Below, in pieces: positions 49,659-58,203 of a stretch of DNA of 64,000 nucleotides (positions within the stretch are counted from its first letter, which is position 1; every line of letters begins with the position of its first letter). Source of the stretch: Oscillospiraceae bacterium (GTDB lineage: Bacteria > Bacillota > Clostridia > Oscillospirales > JAGBHD01); contig JAGBHD010000060.1 of the NCBI GenBank assembly GCA_018110785.1, positions 11,238 to 75,237 on the forward strand, given 5' to 3'. Made by a program: the position numbers and the translations under genes. Below the pieces are notes generated by a model. That model was given only the letters and a program-made list of their open reading frames with translations, was not told the DNA's origin and did not search any database.

Positions 49659-49687
49659 ATTTTATATTATAATTATCTCTTTGTCAA
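49659..49687 (-). promoter_or_regulatory. Putative aro-operon promoter (TTGACA-17-TAAAAT)
   Basis: The -35 is at 49687..49682 and the -10 at 49664..49659. Confidence 0.5.
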
Positions 49688-49702
49688 GGGAAAATCGCTT
49701 TA

Positions 49703-50530
49703 TTACGGTAAAAAACCACCAATTTTATAGCTCTGCCTGTATTTTAGGGGGGTAATTCCCATAATTTTTTTGAAAACGGCAGAAAAATAGTTGCTATCAT
49801 TAAATCCGCAGAGAGAGCTTATCTCGGTTACAGATTTATCGGTTTCGGTTAAAAGATGGCTCGCCTTTGCTATTCTCATTTGGTTTAAATATTCATTAAA
49901 GCCAAAGCCTGTAGATATTTTAAATATGGTTGAGAAATATTCTTTGGAAAAGGCAAAATGCTTCGCCATAAAGGAAAGGGTTAAATCCTCTTCCAAGTGC
50001 TTCTTTATATAGTCGATAGCATCCTGCATTAAAAGGTCGTTTTTGGAAAGGGGCGTTTTTTTGAAATCGCTTAAGGGCATTCGCGAAAGCTCGCATAAAA
50101 TTTTAATAAGATTTGCCTGATTGGAAAGGGGGCTTAATTTATCCTCTCTTACGCGCTCTCTATATAAATCATCGAATAAAGCCCTTATTCTCGCTCCCGC
50201 TTCGCCCTCGGGTCGGTAGAAATATTTTTCGAAGCAGGAAATAAGCTCATTTGGAATATCCTCGCCTTTTAGCGAAATAAGATATCGCTCGGTTGGAATT
50301 TCGGTATTGCTTCCGGGCGTTCTTATCGATTTATGGGTTGTCATTTTAGGAATAAGAACCATATCTCCCGCCTTTAAATCCCATATTTCATCTTCAATAA
50401 TATAGCGCACTGCGCCGTTTATGAGATAATATATTTCATAATTATAATGATAATGAGCCTCGCTTATATTCCGCTTATAGGTTCGTCTATAGGAAAAGAA
50501 GCTATCCTCTGTATGTACGCTGTTTTTCAT
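49703..50530 (-). CDS. AraC-family transcriptional regulator (cupin plus HTH)
   Basis: 275 aa from the ATG at 50530 (MKNSVHTED...). The C-terminal AraC HTH reads SNYFSAVFKKIMGITPLKYR. Divergent from the hexuronate operon. The ORF-track N-terminal extension overlaps the divergent GH4 gene start (50650) and its promoter region. Confidence 0.85.
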   Translation of the reverse strand: MKNSVHTEDSFFSYRRTYKRNISEAHYHYNYEIYYLINGAVRYIIEDEIWDLKAGDMVLIPKMTTHKSIRTPGSNTEIPTERYLISLKGEDIPNELISCFEKYFYRPEGEAGARIRALFDDLYRERVREDKLSPLSNQANLIKILCELSRMPLSDFKKTPLSKNDLLMQDAIDYIKKHLEEDLTLSFMAKHFAFSKEYFSTIFKISTGFGFNEYLNQMRIAKASHLLTETDKSVTEISSLCGFNDSNYFSAVFKKIMGITPLKYRQSYKIGGFLP

Positions 50531-50649
50531 ATACAACCTCAAAATCTTAATATTTTCGTGTTTTTTATTATAATACCCCAAAATTATAGTGGTTGTCAAT
50601 GAAAAATTGTGATAATATAGGCTTGAAAATACCATTTTAGGAGGATAAT

Positions 50650-52035
50650 ATGAAAAACGATAGCGCAAAATTAAAACTCGCCTATATAGGCGGCGGCTCC
50701 AGAGGCTGGGCTTGGAACTTAATGAAGGACTTAGCATTAACCGACAATCTCTCGGGAACTGTTGACCTTTATGATATTGATTACTCGGCGGCTGTTGATA
50801 ACGAGCTTATAGGAAACAGCATAAATAAAAACTATCCCAATGCGGGCAAATGGACCTACAGAGCTGTTAAAGAAATCGGAGAGGCTTTAACGGGCGCTGA
50901 TTTCGTTATAATATCAATTCTCCCCGCAACCTTTGAGGAGATGCGAGTTGATGTTCACGCTCCCGAGAAATACGGCATCTATCAGGCTGTAGGCGATACT
51001 ACAGGCCCCGGAGGAGTTATCCGTTCGCTCAGAACTATTCCTATGTATGAATACATAGCGAATGCTATAAAGAAATATTCTCCCAATGCTTGGGTTATAA
51101 ACTATACTAACCCTATGGCAGTTTGCACCAATACTCTTTATAAGGTATTCCCCGAAATAAAGGCTTTCGGCTGCTGCCACGAGGTTTTCGGAACTCAGAA
51201 GATTTTAGCCGCAGCGCTTGAAGAATTTGCAGGAATTAAAGATGTAGAGAGAGATGAAATTAAGGTTAATGTTATCGGTATTAACCATTTCACTTGGCTA
51301 ACTTCCGCTCATTACAAAAACATCGATTTGATGCCTTTATACAAAAAATACGCTGAAAAGTATATTTATGTTGAAACCGAAGCCGTTAAAGATGACAACT
51401 GGATGAATAATGTTTTCAGAAATTGTAACTGGGTTAAGTATCATCTTTTCTTAAAATATGGTATAATAGCAGCAGCAGGAGATCGCCATCTCTCTGAATT
51501 CTGCCCTTCGGCTTGGTACAGCAAGACTCCCGAGCTTGTAAATTCTTGGAAATTCGGCCTTACCGATGTTGATTGGAGAATTAAGGATTTAGGCGATCGC
51601 CTCGAGAAAAGCAAACTCTTAAAAGACGGTACAGAGAAATTAGACCTTGTTCATTCGGGCGAAGAGGGTGTTCGCCAGATGCAGGCGATTTCAGGTCTTG
51701 GCGATTTAGTTACCAACGTTAACCTCCCCAACCGCGGACAGATTTCAAATCTTCCTTTGGGAACTGTTGTTGAAACTAACGCTATATTCACCTCTGATAC
51801 CGTTCAGCCCGTTGTTTCAGGCGCTATTCCCGATTCCATTTTAGGACTCGTTTCTTCCGCTGCTGCAGTTCAGGATATGACTGTTGAAGCAGGTCTCCAG
51901 AGAGATTTGGATTTAGCATTTAAGGCATTCTCTGCCGACAGCAGAATTCAAGAGCTTTCCTTTAAGGATGCGAAAAGCTTATTCGATGAGATGATATGCG
52001 GCACTAAAGAGTATTTAAAAGAATATTTCAAATAA
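50650..52035 (+). CDS. Glycoside hydrolase family 4 (LplD-like, probable alpha-galacturonidase)
   Basis: 461 aa with the NAD motif KLAYIGGGSRGWAWNL and the GH4 CHEV motif. The context is uronate genes. Confidence 0.8.
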   Translation: MKNDSAKLKLAYIGGGSRGWAWNLMKDLALTDNLSGTVDLYDIDYSAAVDNELIGNSINKNYPNAGKWTYRAVKEIGEALTGADFVIISILPATFEEMRVDVHAPEKYGIYQAVGDTTGPGGVIRSLRTIPMYEYIANAIKKYSPNAWVINYTNPMAVCTNTLYKVFPEIKAFGCCHEVFGTQKILAAALEEFAGIKDVERDEIKVNVIGINHFTWLTSAHYKNIDLMPLYKKYAEKYIYVETEAVKDDNWMNNVFRNCNWVKYHLFLKYGIIAAAGDRHLSEFCPSAWYSKTPELVNSWKFGLTDVDWRIKDLGDRLEKSKLLKDGTEKLDLVHSGEEGVRQMQAISGLGDLVTNVNLPNRGQISNLPLGTVVETNAIFTSDTVQPVVSGAIPDSILGLVSSAAAVQDMTVEAGLQRDLDLAFKAFSADSRIQELSFKDAKSLFDEMICGTKEYLKEYFK

Positions 52036-52049
52036 GAGGTGTTTTTAAA

Positions 52050-53450
52050 TTGAAGTTTATTAAAAAAGACTTTATGCTTCAAAATTCTACGGCGAAAAAA
52101 CTTTATCACGATTATGCGGCTGATATGCCAATTATCGACTATCATTGCCATATTAATCCAAAAGAAATTTTTGAAGACAGAAAATTCGAAAATATAACTC
52201 AGGTTTGGCTCGGCGGCGACCATTATAAATGGCGCGTTATCAGAAGCTGCGGTGTTCCGGAAGAAGAGATAACAGGCTCTGCTTCCGACCGCGTTAAGTT
52301 TCAGCATTTTGCGGAGGCTATGCCGCGTCTTATCGGAAACCCGATGTATCATTGGACTCATTTAGAGCTTAAAAATTATTTCGGATATGACGGTGTTTTA
52401 AACGGCGAGACAGCTGAAGAGGTATGGAACCTTTGCAACGAGAAGCTTAAAGAGGATAGCTTCTCTGTTAGAAACCTTATTATGCGCTCGAATGTTGAAA
52501 TGATTGGAACTACCGATGATCCTATTGATTCCTTAGAGTGGCACGAAAAATTAAAATGGGATTCGACCTTTACCGTTAAGGTTCTCCCCTCTTTCAGACC
52601 CGACAAGGCTGTTAACATTGATAAAGAGGGCTTTACAGATTATATTTCGGCGCTCGGAAAAGCAGCAGGAATTGAAATCAGCTCTGTAGAAGATGTTAAA
52701 AAGGCTCTTTCTTTACGACTTGACCATTTCTGCTCTCTCGGTTGCCGCGCTTCTGACCACGGGCTTGACAAGGTAGTTTTTGCAGAAGCTAGTGAAAAGG
52801 AAATAGAGGCTATATTCAAAAAGGCTTTAAATGGAAAAGAGATTTCCGAAAAAGAGGCTGACTCTTACAAAACAGCTGTTTTATTACATTTAGGAAAAGA
52901 ATATGCTAAGAGAGATATCGTAATGCAGCTGCATTACGGCGCAAGGAGAAACACAAATACTCCTATGTTCAAGAAATTAGGTCCCGATACGGGATTCGAC
53001 TGCATTTCGGGTGTTTCCTGCGGCGAAGAGATTATTCTCTTTATGAACGCTTTGATAAGCGAAAACGCGCTTCCTAAAACTATTCTTTATTCCTTAAACC
53101 CTGCTGATAACGAAATGCTCGATACCATTTTAGGCTGCTTCCAGGGAACTGAGATTGCGGGCAAAATTCAGCACGGCTCTGCTTGGTGGTTTAATGATAA
53201 CAAAATCGGAATGGAAGATCAGATAAAATCCCTTGCTAACCTTTCGGTGCTTGGAAACTTTATCGGTATGCTTACAGATTCTCGCAGCTTCCTTTCCTAT
53301 ACAAGACATGAATATTTCCGCCGAATTTTATGCAACGTTATAGGCGGTTGGATAGAAGACGGCGAGTATCCCGATGATATTGAAACTGCTGGCGCTTTAG
53401 TTCGCGACATTTCCTATAACAATGCAGTTAAATATTTTTCGATAGATTAA
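52050..53450 (+). CDS. uxaC: Glucuronate isomerase
   Basis: 466 aa with a TTG start and AAGAGGTG SD. Has PIIDYHCHI and WWFND motifs. Confidence 0.93.
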   Translation: MKFIKKDFMLQNSTAKKLYHDYAADMPIIDYHCHINPKEIFEDRKFENITQVWLGGDHYKWRVIRSCGVPEEEITGSASDRVKFQHFAEAMPRLIGNPMYHWTHLELKNYFGYDGVLNGETAEEVWNLCNEKLKEDSFSVRNLIMRSNVEMIGTTDDPIDSLEWHEKLKWDSTFTVKVLPSFRPDKAVNIDKEGFTDYISALGKAAGIEISSVEDVKKALSLRLDHFCSLGCRASDHGLDKVVFAEASEKEIEAIFKKALNGKEISEKEADSYKTAVLLHLGKEYAKRDIVMQLHYGARRNTNTPMFKKLGPDTGFDCISGVSCGEEIILFMNALISENALPKTILYSLNPADNEMLDTILGCFQGTEIAGKIQHGSAWWFNDNKIGMEDQIKSLANLSVLGNFIGMLTDSRSFLSYTRHEYFRRILCNVIGGWIEDGEYPDDIETAGALVRDISYNNAVKYFSID

Positions 53451-53459
53451 GAGGGAAAA

Positions 53460-54917
53460 ATGAAGAATATAAACGAAGTTTATGAAAAAATAAATCGTCC
53501 TATTAAGGTTATTCAGTTCGGAGAAGGAAACTTTCTCCGCGCCTTTGCTGATTGGATGATAGATATTTTAAATGAAAAAACCGATTTTAACGGAAATATT
53601 GCTCTTGTAAAGCCTATTACCATGGGCTCTTTAGAGAGATTTTACAAACAGGATTGCCTTTATACTGTTTTGCTCCGCGGAAAGAACGGCGGTAAAACGG
53701 TTAATGAAAGTCGCGTTATAACCTCTATTCAGTCGGCGGTTTCCTGCGAAGAGGAAGATAAAATGAACGAGCTTTCCAAGCTCGATTCTCTCCGTTTTGT
53801 TATCTCCAATACTACCGAAGCAGGTATCGTTTTCAAGGAAGACGACCATATAGAGGGGCTTCCCGATTCATTCCCCGGCAAGGTTACAAAATTTCTCTAT
53901 CAAAGGTTCGTATATTTCGGCGGAGATAAATCGAAGGGACTTATCTTTTTGCCCGTTGAGCTTATCGAAAATAACGGAAAGAAGCTTTTGGAATGTATTT
54001 TAAAGCTTTGCGATTTATGGAATCTTCCCGAAAGCTTTAAAGCTTGGATAAAGGAAAGCAATATCTTCTGCAATACTTTAGTTGACCGAATCGTTACGGG
54101 CTATGCTAAAGACGAAGCGGAGGGTATTTTCGAGTCCTTAGGATATCGCGACGAGCTTTTAGATATCGGAGAGCCTTTCGGCTTATGGGTTATCGAGGGA
54201 GATGAAAGGGTTAAAAAAGACCTTCCCTTTGAGAAAGCCTCTCTCCCCGTTGTTTTTACAAACGATTTAAAGCCCTACAGAGAAAGAATGGTCCGCATTT
54301 TAAACGGCGCTCATACCTCGGGAAGCCTTATAGGCTATCTTTCGGGGCTTGATATCGTTCGCGACTGTATGGAAGATAAGTCGGTCGGCTCATTTATGAG
54401 GAGCGTTATCGAAAAGGAAATAGCTCCGCTTATTTCTTTACCTAAAGAAGAGGTTAACGCTTTTACTCTGAGCGTTTTAGAGAGATTTGAAAATCCCTTT
54501 TTAGACCATTCTCTTCTTTCTATCTCTTTAAACTCGGTTTCCAAATGGAAAACAAGAGTTCTTCCTACATTTAAGGACTTCTATAATAAAAACGGCATTA
54601 TCCCGAAAGGTCTTACCTTCTCTTTTGCCGCTCTTTTAGCATTTTATTCTTCTGAAACCCTAAAAGAAGACGGACTTTATGCTACACGACAAAACGGCGA
54701 CGTTTATACCGTTCATGATGACATGGAGGTTTTAAAATTCTTCTCTAAAAATTCCAAAAAGGCTGATTTTGTCGAGAAAACAGCTCAAAATACAGCGTTC
54801 TGGGGCGAGGACCTTTCCAAATATGAGGGCTTTACAGAGGCTGTTTCTAATTACCTTGATGCCATTTTAAAAAATGCGGCAGATGCCGTTAAGGCTATTT
54901 CGGAGGAGCTGAAATGA
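53460..54917 (+). CDS. uxaB: Tagaturonate reductase (altronate oxidoreductase)
   Basis: 485 aa mannitol-dehydrogenase family member (IQFGEGNFLRAF, VDRIV). Confidence 0.85.
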   Translation: MKNINEVYEKINRPIKVIQFGEGNFLRAFADWMIDILNEKTDFNGNIALVKPITMGSLERFYKQDCLYTVLLRGKNGGKTVNESRVITSIQSAVSCEEEDKMNELSKLDSLRFVISNTTEAGIVFKEDDHIEGLPDSFPGKVTKFLYQRFVYFGGDKSKGLIFLPVELIENNGKKLLECILKLCDLWNLPESFKAWIKESNIFCNTLVDRIVTGYAKDEAEGIFESLGYRDELLDIGEPFGLWVIEGDERVKKDLPFEKASLPVVFTNDLKPYRERMVRILNGAHTSGSLIGYLSGLDIVRDCMEDKSVGSFMRSVIEKEIAPLISLPKEEVNAFTLSVLERFENPFLDHSLLSISLNSVSKWKTRVLPTFKDFYNKNGIIPKGLTFSFAALLAFYSSETLKEDGLYATRQNGDVYTVHDDMEVLKFFSKNSKKADFVEKTAQNTAFWGEDLSKYEGFTEAVSNYLDAILKNAADAVKAISEELK

Positions 54918-56395
54918 GGGCTTTAAGAATCCACGAAAAGGACAATGTTGCAGTTGCAACTGAAAGCTTGTCAAAAGGCGAAGTCATTTTAATTTCGGGG
55001 GAAGAAATTACCATTTCAGAGCCTATTCCCGCGGGGCATAAATTCGCTATAGAAGATATAAATTCGGGAGAGGCTGTTATAAAATATGCCTATCCTATAG
55101 GCTCTGCAAAGACCGACATAAAAAAGGGAGAGCATATACATACCTCCAATTTAAGCTCTAATCTCGGAGATATTTTAAGCTATTCTTATGAGCCGAGCTT
55201 TTCTCCTCTTTCAAAAAAAGAGCCCGATACCTTTTTGGGCTACCGCCGAAAAGACGGCAAGGTTGGCATTCGCAACGAGGTTTGGATTATCCCGACCGTT
55301 GGTTGCGTTAATTCAATTGTCAGAGAGATAGAGGCGGTATCGCAGAAATTTAAAACCGAGAATATAGATGGAATTTATTCCTATTTCCACCCCTACGGTT
55401 GCTCTCAGCTTGGGGAAGACCAAAATAACACCTTAAAGGCGCTCAGCGGCTTTATCCGCCACCCCAACGCGGCGGCAGTTTTGGTCGTAGGTTTAGGTTG
55501 CGAAAACGGCAACATAGCTGAGCTTAAAAAGGTGCTCGGAGAATATGATCCCGAACGCGTTCGCTTTATGGTATGCCAGGATGAGGAAGATGAAGTTTCG
55601 CGCGGAGCAGAAATCGTAAGCGAGCTTTGCAGCTACGCCGATAGCTTTCGCCGCGAAGAAATCCCATCAAGCGAGCTTATTGTAGGGCTTAAATGCGGCG
55701 GGTCCGACGGATTTTCGGGGATTACCGCTAACTCTTTGGTGGGGGCATTTTCAGATGAGCTTGTTTCCCGCGGCGGCAGTACTATTTTAACCGAAGTTCC
55801 CGAAATGTTCGGTGCGGAAACGATTTTAATGAACCGTTGCAGAAATAAGGAAATTTTTGAAAAAACTGTTTCTCTTATAAATAATTTCAAAAAATATTTT
55901 ATGAGATACGGCGAGAAGATAAATGAAAATCCTTCCCCCGGAAATAAGGCGGGCGGAATCAGCACATTAGAGGATAAATCCTTAGGCTGTGTTCAGAAAA
56001 GCGGAACGGCGCCTGTAGAAGATGTTCTTTTCTATGGAGAAGAGGTTAAAGAAAAGGGTGTTTCCCTTTTGGAAGCCCCCGGAAACGACCTTGTTGCTTC
56101 TTGTGCTTTGGCGGCTTCGGGCGCTCATTTGATTTTATTTACAACAGGGCGCGGAACTCCTTTTGGCTGCCCCGTTCCTACCGTTAAGATATCCAGCAAC
56201 TCAGCCCTTTTTGAAAAGAAGAAAAACTGGATAGATTTTGATGCGGGAGAAATTTTAAGCGGAACTGAAAAAGGAGAGCTTGCAAAGAAGCTTTATAGAT
56301 ATGTTCTATCTCTGTCAAGCGGAGAAATTCACGCGAAATCCGAAGCTTTAGACAAGCACGAACTTGCTATTTTTAAAGACGGTGTTACATTATAA
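54914..56395 (+). CDS. uxaA: Altronate dehydratase
   Basis: 493 aa with an N-terminal SAF domain and a UxaA-family C-terminal domain. Overlaps uxaB by 4 nt. Confidence 0.9.
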   Translation: MRALRIHEKDNVAVATESLSKGEVILISGEEITISEPIPAGHKFAIEDINSGEAVIKYAYPIGSAKTDIKKGEHIHTSNLSSNLGDILSYSYEPSFSPLSKKEPDTFLGYRRKDGKVGIRNEVWIIPTVGCVNSIVREIEAVSQKFKTENIDGIYSYFHPYGCSQLGEDQNNTLKALSGFIRHPNAAAVLVVGLGCENGNIAELKKVLGEYDPERVRFMVCQDEEDEVSRGAEIVSELCSYADSFRREEIPSSELIVGLKCGGSDGFSGITANSLVGAFSDELVSRGGSTILTEVPEMFGAETILMNRCRNKEIFEKTVSLINNFKKYFMRYGEKINENPSPGNKAGGISTLEDKSLGCVQKSGTAPVEDVLFYGEEVKEKGVSLLEAPGNDLVASCALAASGAHLILFTTGRGTPFGCPVPTVKISSNSALFEKKKNWIDFDAGEILSGTEKGELAKKLYRYVLSLSSGEIHAKSEALDKHELAIFKDGVTL

Positions 56396-56400
56396 ACAAC

Positions 56401-56431
56401 AAAACCGACGGTTAATCCGTCGGTTTTCTTT
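56401..56431. terminator. Bidirectional intrinsic terminator
   Basis: Stem AAAACCGACGG / CCGTCGGTTTT. It overlaps the last codons of the convergent 56412..57098 gene. Confidence 0.75.
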
Positions 56432-57098
56432 TTAATGTATTTAAATATTCTTTTTGGCTTTGGGATATGCGGCGGCTTTCTCTCGCTTTTTGGATCACCT
56501 TATTATGTGTCCAAACCTTAAGCTTACTTTCTTTTATAAAATCAACGGCGCTGTTATACTGCTTAGCTAAAGCTGTTGCAAAATACCAAGCGACCGCCAT
56601 ATTGATATAGTATTCTTCATTTTGCGCTGAAGCAACTAAATCCATATGCTCTATCTTAAAATCCTCGTCTAAAAAATGCGACATAAGCCTTACGATACCA
56701 TAGCGAACGGCATAGGTTTCCCCCGATGCTATCCACCTTTTTATAGCTTTATATAGCGCTTCTTTATTCTTCTTAAAAACCTTTGGGGACATCATATCGC
56801 AGGTAGCCCAGTTATCTACAAAGGGGAGAAATCTGTCTATCTCGGAAACACATTCGTCGATATCAGTTATTTTTTCAATTAAAAAAGCGTGGAAATTGTT
56901 TTCCTCATAGTATTTATGGGGCAACTGCGATATAAATTCTCTTGCCTCTTCTTGTTGCATGGATTTCGCAAGTTTTCTAAGCTCAGGAACTCTTACCCCT
57001 ATTATTAAGCTATCGGAAACAGAGGGTGTTAAAGCGGCGCAAAAATCTTTATAGCCGTTATCTTTTAGAGAAAACAGCATTTCTTCTATTTTGTTCAC
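56412..57098 (-). CDS. DNA alkylation repair protein (AlkD-like HEAT-repeat family)
   Basis: 228 aa with the pattern VRVPELRKLAK ... DNWATCD ... WIASGETYAVRYGI ... INMAVAWYFA, typical of PF08713. Confidence 0.8.
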   Translation of the reverse strand: MNKIEEMLFSLKDNGYKDFCAALTPSVSDSLIIGVRVPELRKLAKSMQQEEAREFISQLPHKYYEENNFHAFLIEKITDIDECVSEIDRFLPFVDNWATCDMMSPKVFKKNKEALYKAIKRWIASGETYAVRYGIVRLMSHFLDEDFKIEHMDLVASAQNEEYYINMAVAWYFATALAKQYNSAVDFIKESKLKVWTHNKVIQKARESRRISQSQKEYLNTLKRKPTD

Positions 57099-57124
57099 TT
57101 ATTTTAACCTCTTTTGGGTGAAAA

Positions 57125-57355
57125 TTATAGATATTTCTTTTCGCCGTGAAGAATGGTCATTTTATCAGCATTAGTATCTATTTCGGGAATTTTAACCTCT
57201 TTCTCCCAATTTTCGGGAGCTATTTCCTCAAAGGAAAGGCTTATAGCTTCCTTGGGACAGCCCCATTACTCCAAGAAAATCTCATTTATTCTATCGGCTA
57301 CTCTGTTTTTAATCGCCTCGTCCTTTGGATAGGCTTTTATTTTAATATACGGCAT
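57125..57355 (-). pseudogene. PptA-like 4-oxalocrotonate-tautomerase-family gene interrupted by an in-frame TAA
   Basis: SD AAGGAGA plus ATG at 57355. The reading frame gives MPYIKIKAYPKDEAIKNRVADRINEIFLE-TAA(57268..57266)-WGCPKEAISLSFEEIAPENWEKEVKIPEIDTNADKMTILHGEKKYL. The Pro-1 and beta-alpha-beta pattern resembles PptA and YwhB. Confidence 0.7.
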
Positions 57356-57414
57356 TTTTATTCTCCTTACTTGTTCTTATTTGATATTCCTGATTGCAAA
57401 ACAAAAGGGGGAAA

Positions 57415-57849
57415 TTATTTGTAAAACTCAAAAAGTTCTTCATAAAGTTTTCTCGTTAGCTTTTCATCACTCCAAGACAGTGGGTCGTCGGCATAACTTA
57501 AAGTATGAAATGGCTCTATTGTGTTAAGTTCGCTGGGTAATTGTTGCCATAAGACGTAACACATTTTTGCGTAATTTTCGATTGGAAAGATATTTGAGAA
57601 ATACATTGTTTTCAAATCTTCAAGTAAGCACTTTCCAAAGGTATCAACAGAAAAATCGTTACATTCATATTTCCAATATTGTTGCAAAATGTCAAAAGTG
57701 GTTTCGCAGTTGGAAGAACAACTTTCTAACTCCAAAAGCATATCATTGTTAGAATTTGCAAGGAATATTTCGTCAAGTGTTTTATTATAATCTTCTCTGT
57801 TAGGGAAACCAATTTTCCACAACAAAGATTTACATATTAACCTTTCCAT
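57415..57849 (-). CDS. Hypothetical cytoplasmic protein (no family recognised)
   Basis: 144 aa with a strong SD (AAAGGAGGTG). Acidic and Trp/Tyr-rich, with no TM segment. Confidence 0.55.
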   Translation of the reverse strand: MERLICKSLLWKIGFPNREDYNKTLDEIFLANSNNDMLLELESCSSNCETTFDILQQYWKYECNDFSVDTFGKCLLEDLKTMYFSNIFPIENYAKMCYVLWQQLPSELNTIEPFHTLSYADDPLSWSDEKLTRKLYEELFEFYK

Positions 57850-57869
57850 ACTGCACCTCCTTTTTTATA

Positions 57870-57898
57870 ATTATAACATAGTTGCAGATTCTCTGCAA
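57870..57898 (-). promoter_or_regulatory. Promoter (TTGCAG-17-TATAAT) of the 57415..57849 gene, with an overlapping palindrome
   Basis: The -35 is at 57898..57893 and the -10 at 57875..57870. The 7-bp inverted repeat GTTGCAG-N5-CTGCAAC (57881..57899) covers the -35. Confidence 0.5.
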
Positions 57899-57903
57899 CA
57901 GGC

Positions 57904-58197
57904 ACAAAAATCCGCCCGAATTTCTTCGGGCGGATTTAATGTCAAAGTCCCTCGTGCAAAATGCACTTCTCTCCTATAAATCTAATTACTTAGATTATTT
58001 GATAGCAGCCTATCGTGTAGTATGCAAAAAATGAAAATGAAAGGATGCTTTGACAGTGAGCGCTCAATCTCTGTAAAGAGACGTCGCTTTGACAAACCAC
58101 CCCGAAAACAATATGTTTTCAATACCCGCATGTCAACGGCGGCATTCATACACAACAAGTGTGCAGACTCAACCGAAACGGCACTTGGTATATCTCC
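57904..58197 (-). ncRNA. Candidate stand-alone structured RNA or small-ORF transcript (unclassified, about 290 nt)
   Basis: Bounded by a perfect consensus promoter and a 13-bp perfect-stem terminator (AAATCCGCCCGAA / TTCGGGCGGATTT plus T-run). There is no ORF of 60 aa or more on this strand, and several local hairpins are present. Confidence 0.4.
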
Positions 58198-58203
58198 TTA
58201 CAC

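Noticed and set aside
49458-49702. T-box riboswitch as the aro-operon leader
   Set aside because: No T-box sequence (GGGTGGNACCGCG-like) lies adjacent to the terminator. The only ACCGCG sits about 100 nt upstream, inside the small ORF. No Stem I specifier-loop features were recognisable.
50531-50737. Long N-terminal extension of the AraC regulator ORF
   Set aside because: The extension overlaps the divergent GH4 gene start (50650) and the intergenic promoter region, and it has an implausible Ser/Leu/Tyr-rich sequence. The ATG at 50530 begins the cupin domain.
57146-57424. 92-aa plus-strand ORF
   Set aside because: It is antisense to a much better-supported minus-strand PptA-like tautomerase frame with an SD and family motifs. 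Its composition is hydrophobic nonsense.
57904-58197. T-box, c-di-AMP or guanidine riboswitch identity for the orphan transcript
   Set aside because: CGGGGTGGTTTG and CACGAGGGAC superficially recall T-box, ydaO and ykkC motifs. However, the flanking conserved nucleotides are absent and the motif is about 150 nt from the terminator. In addition, the downstream gene has its own promoter.
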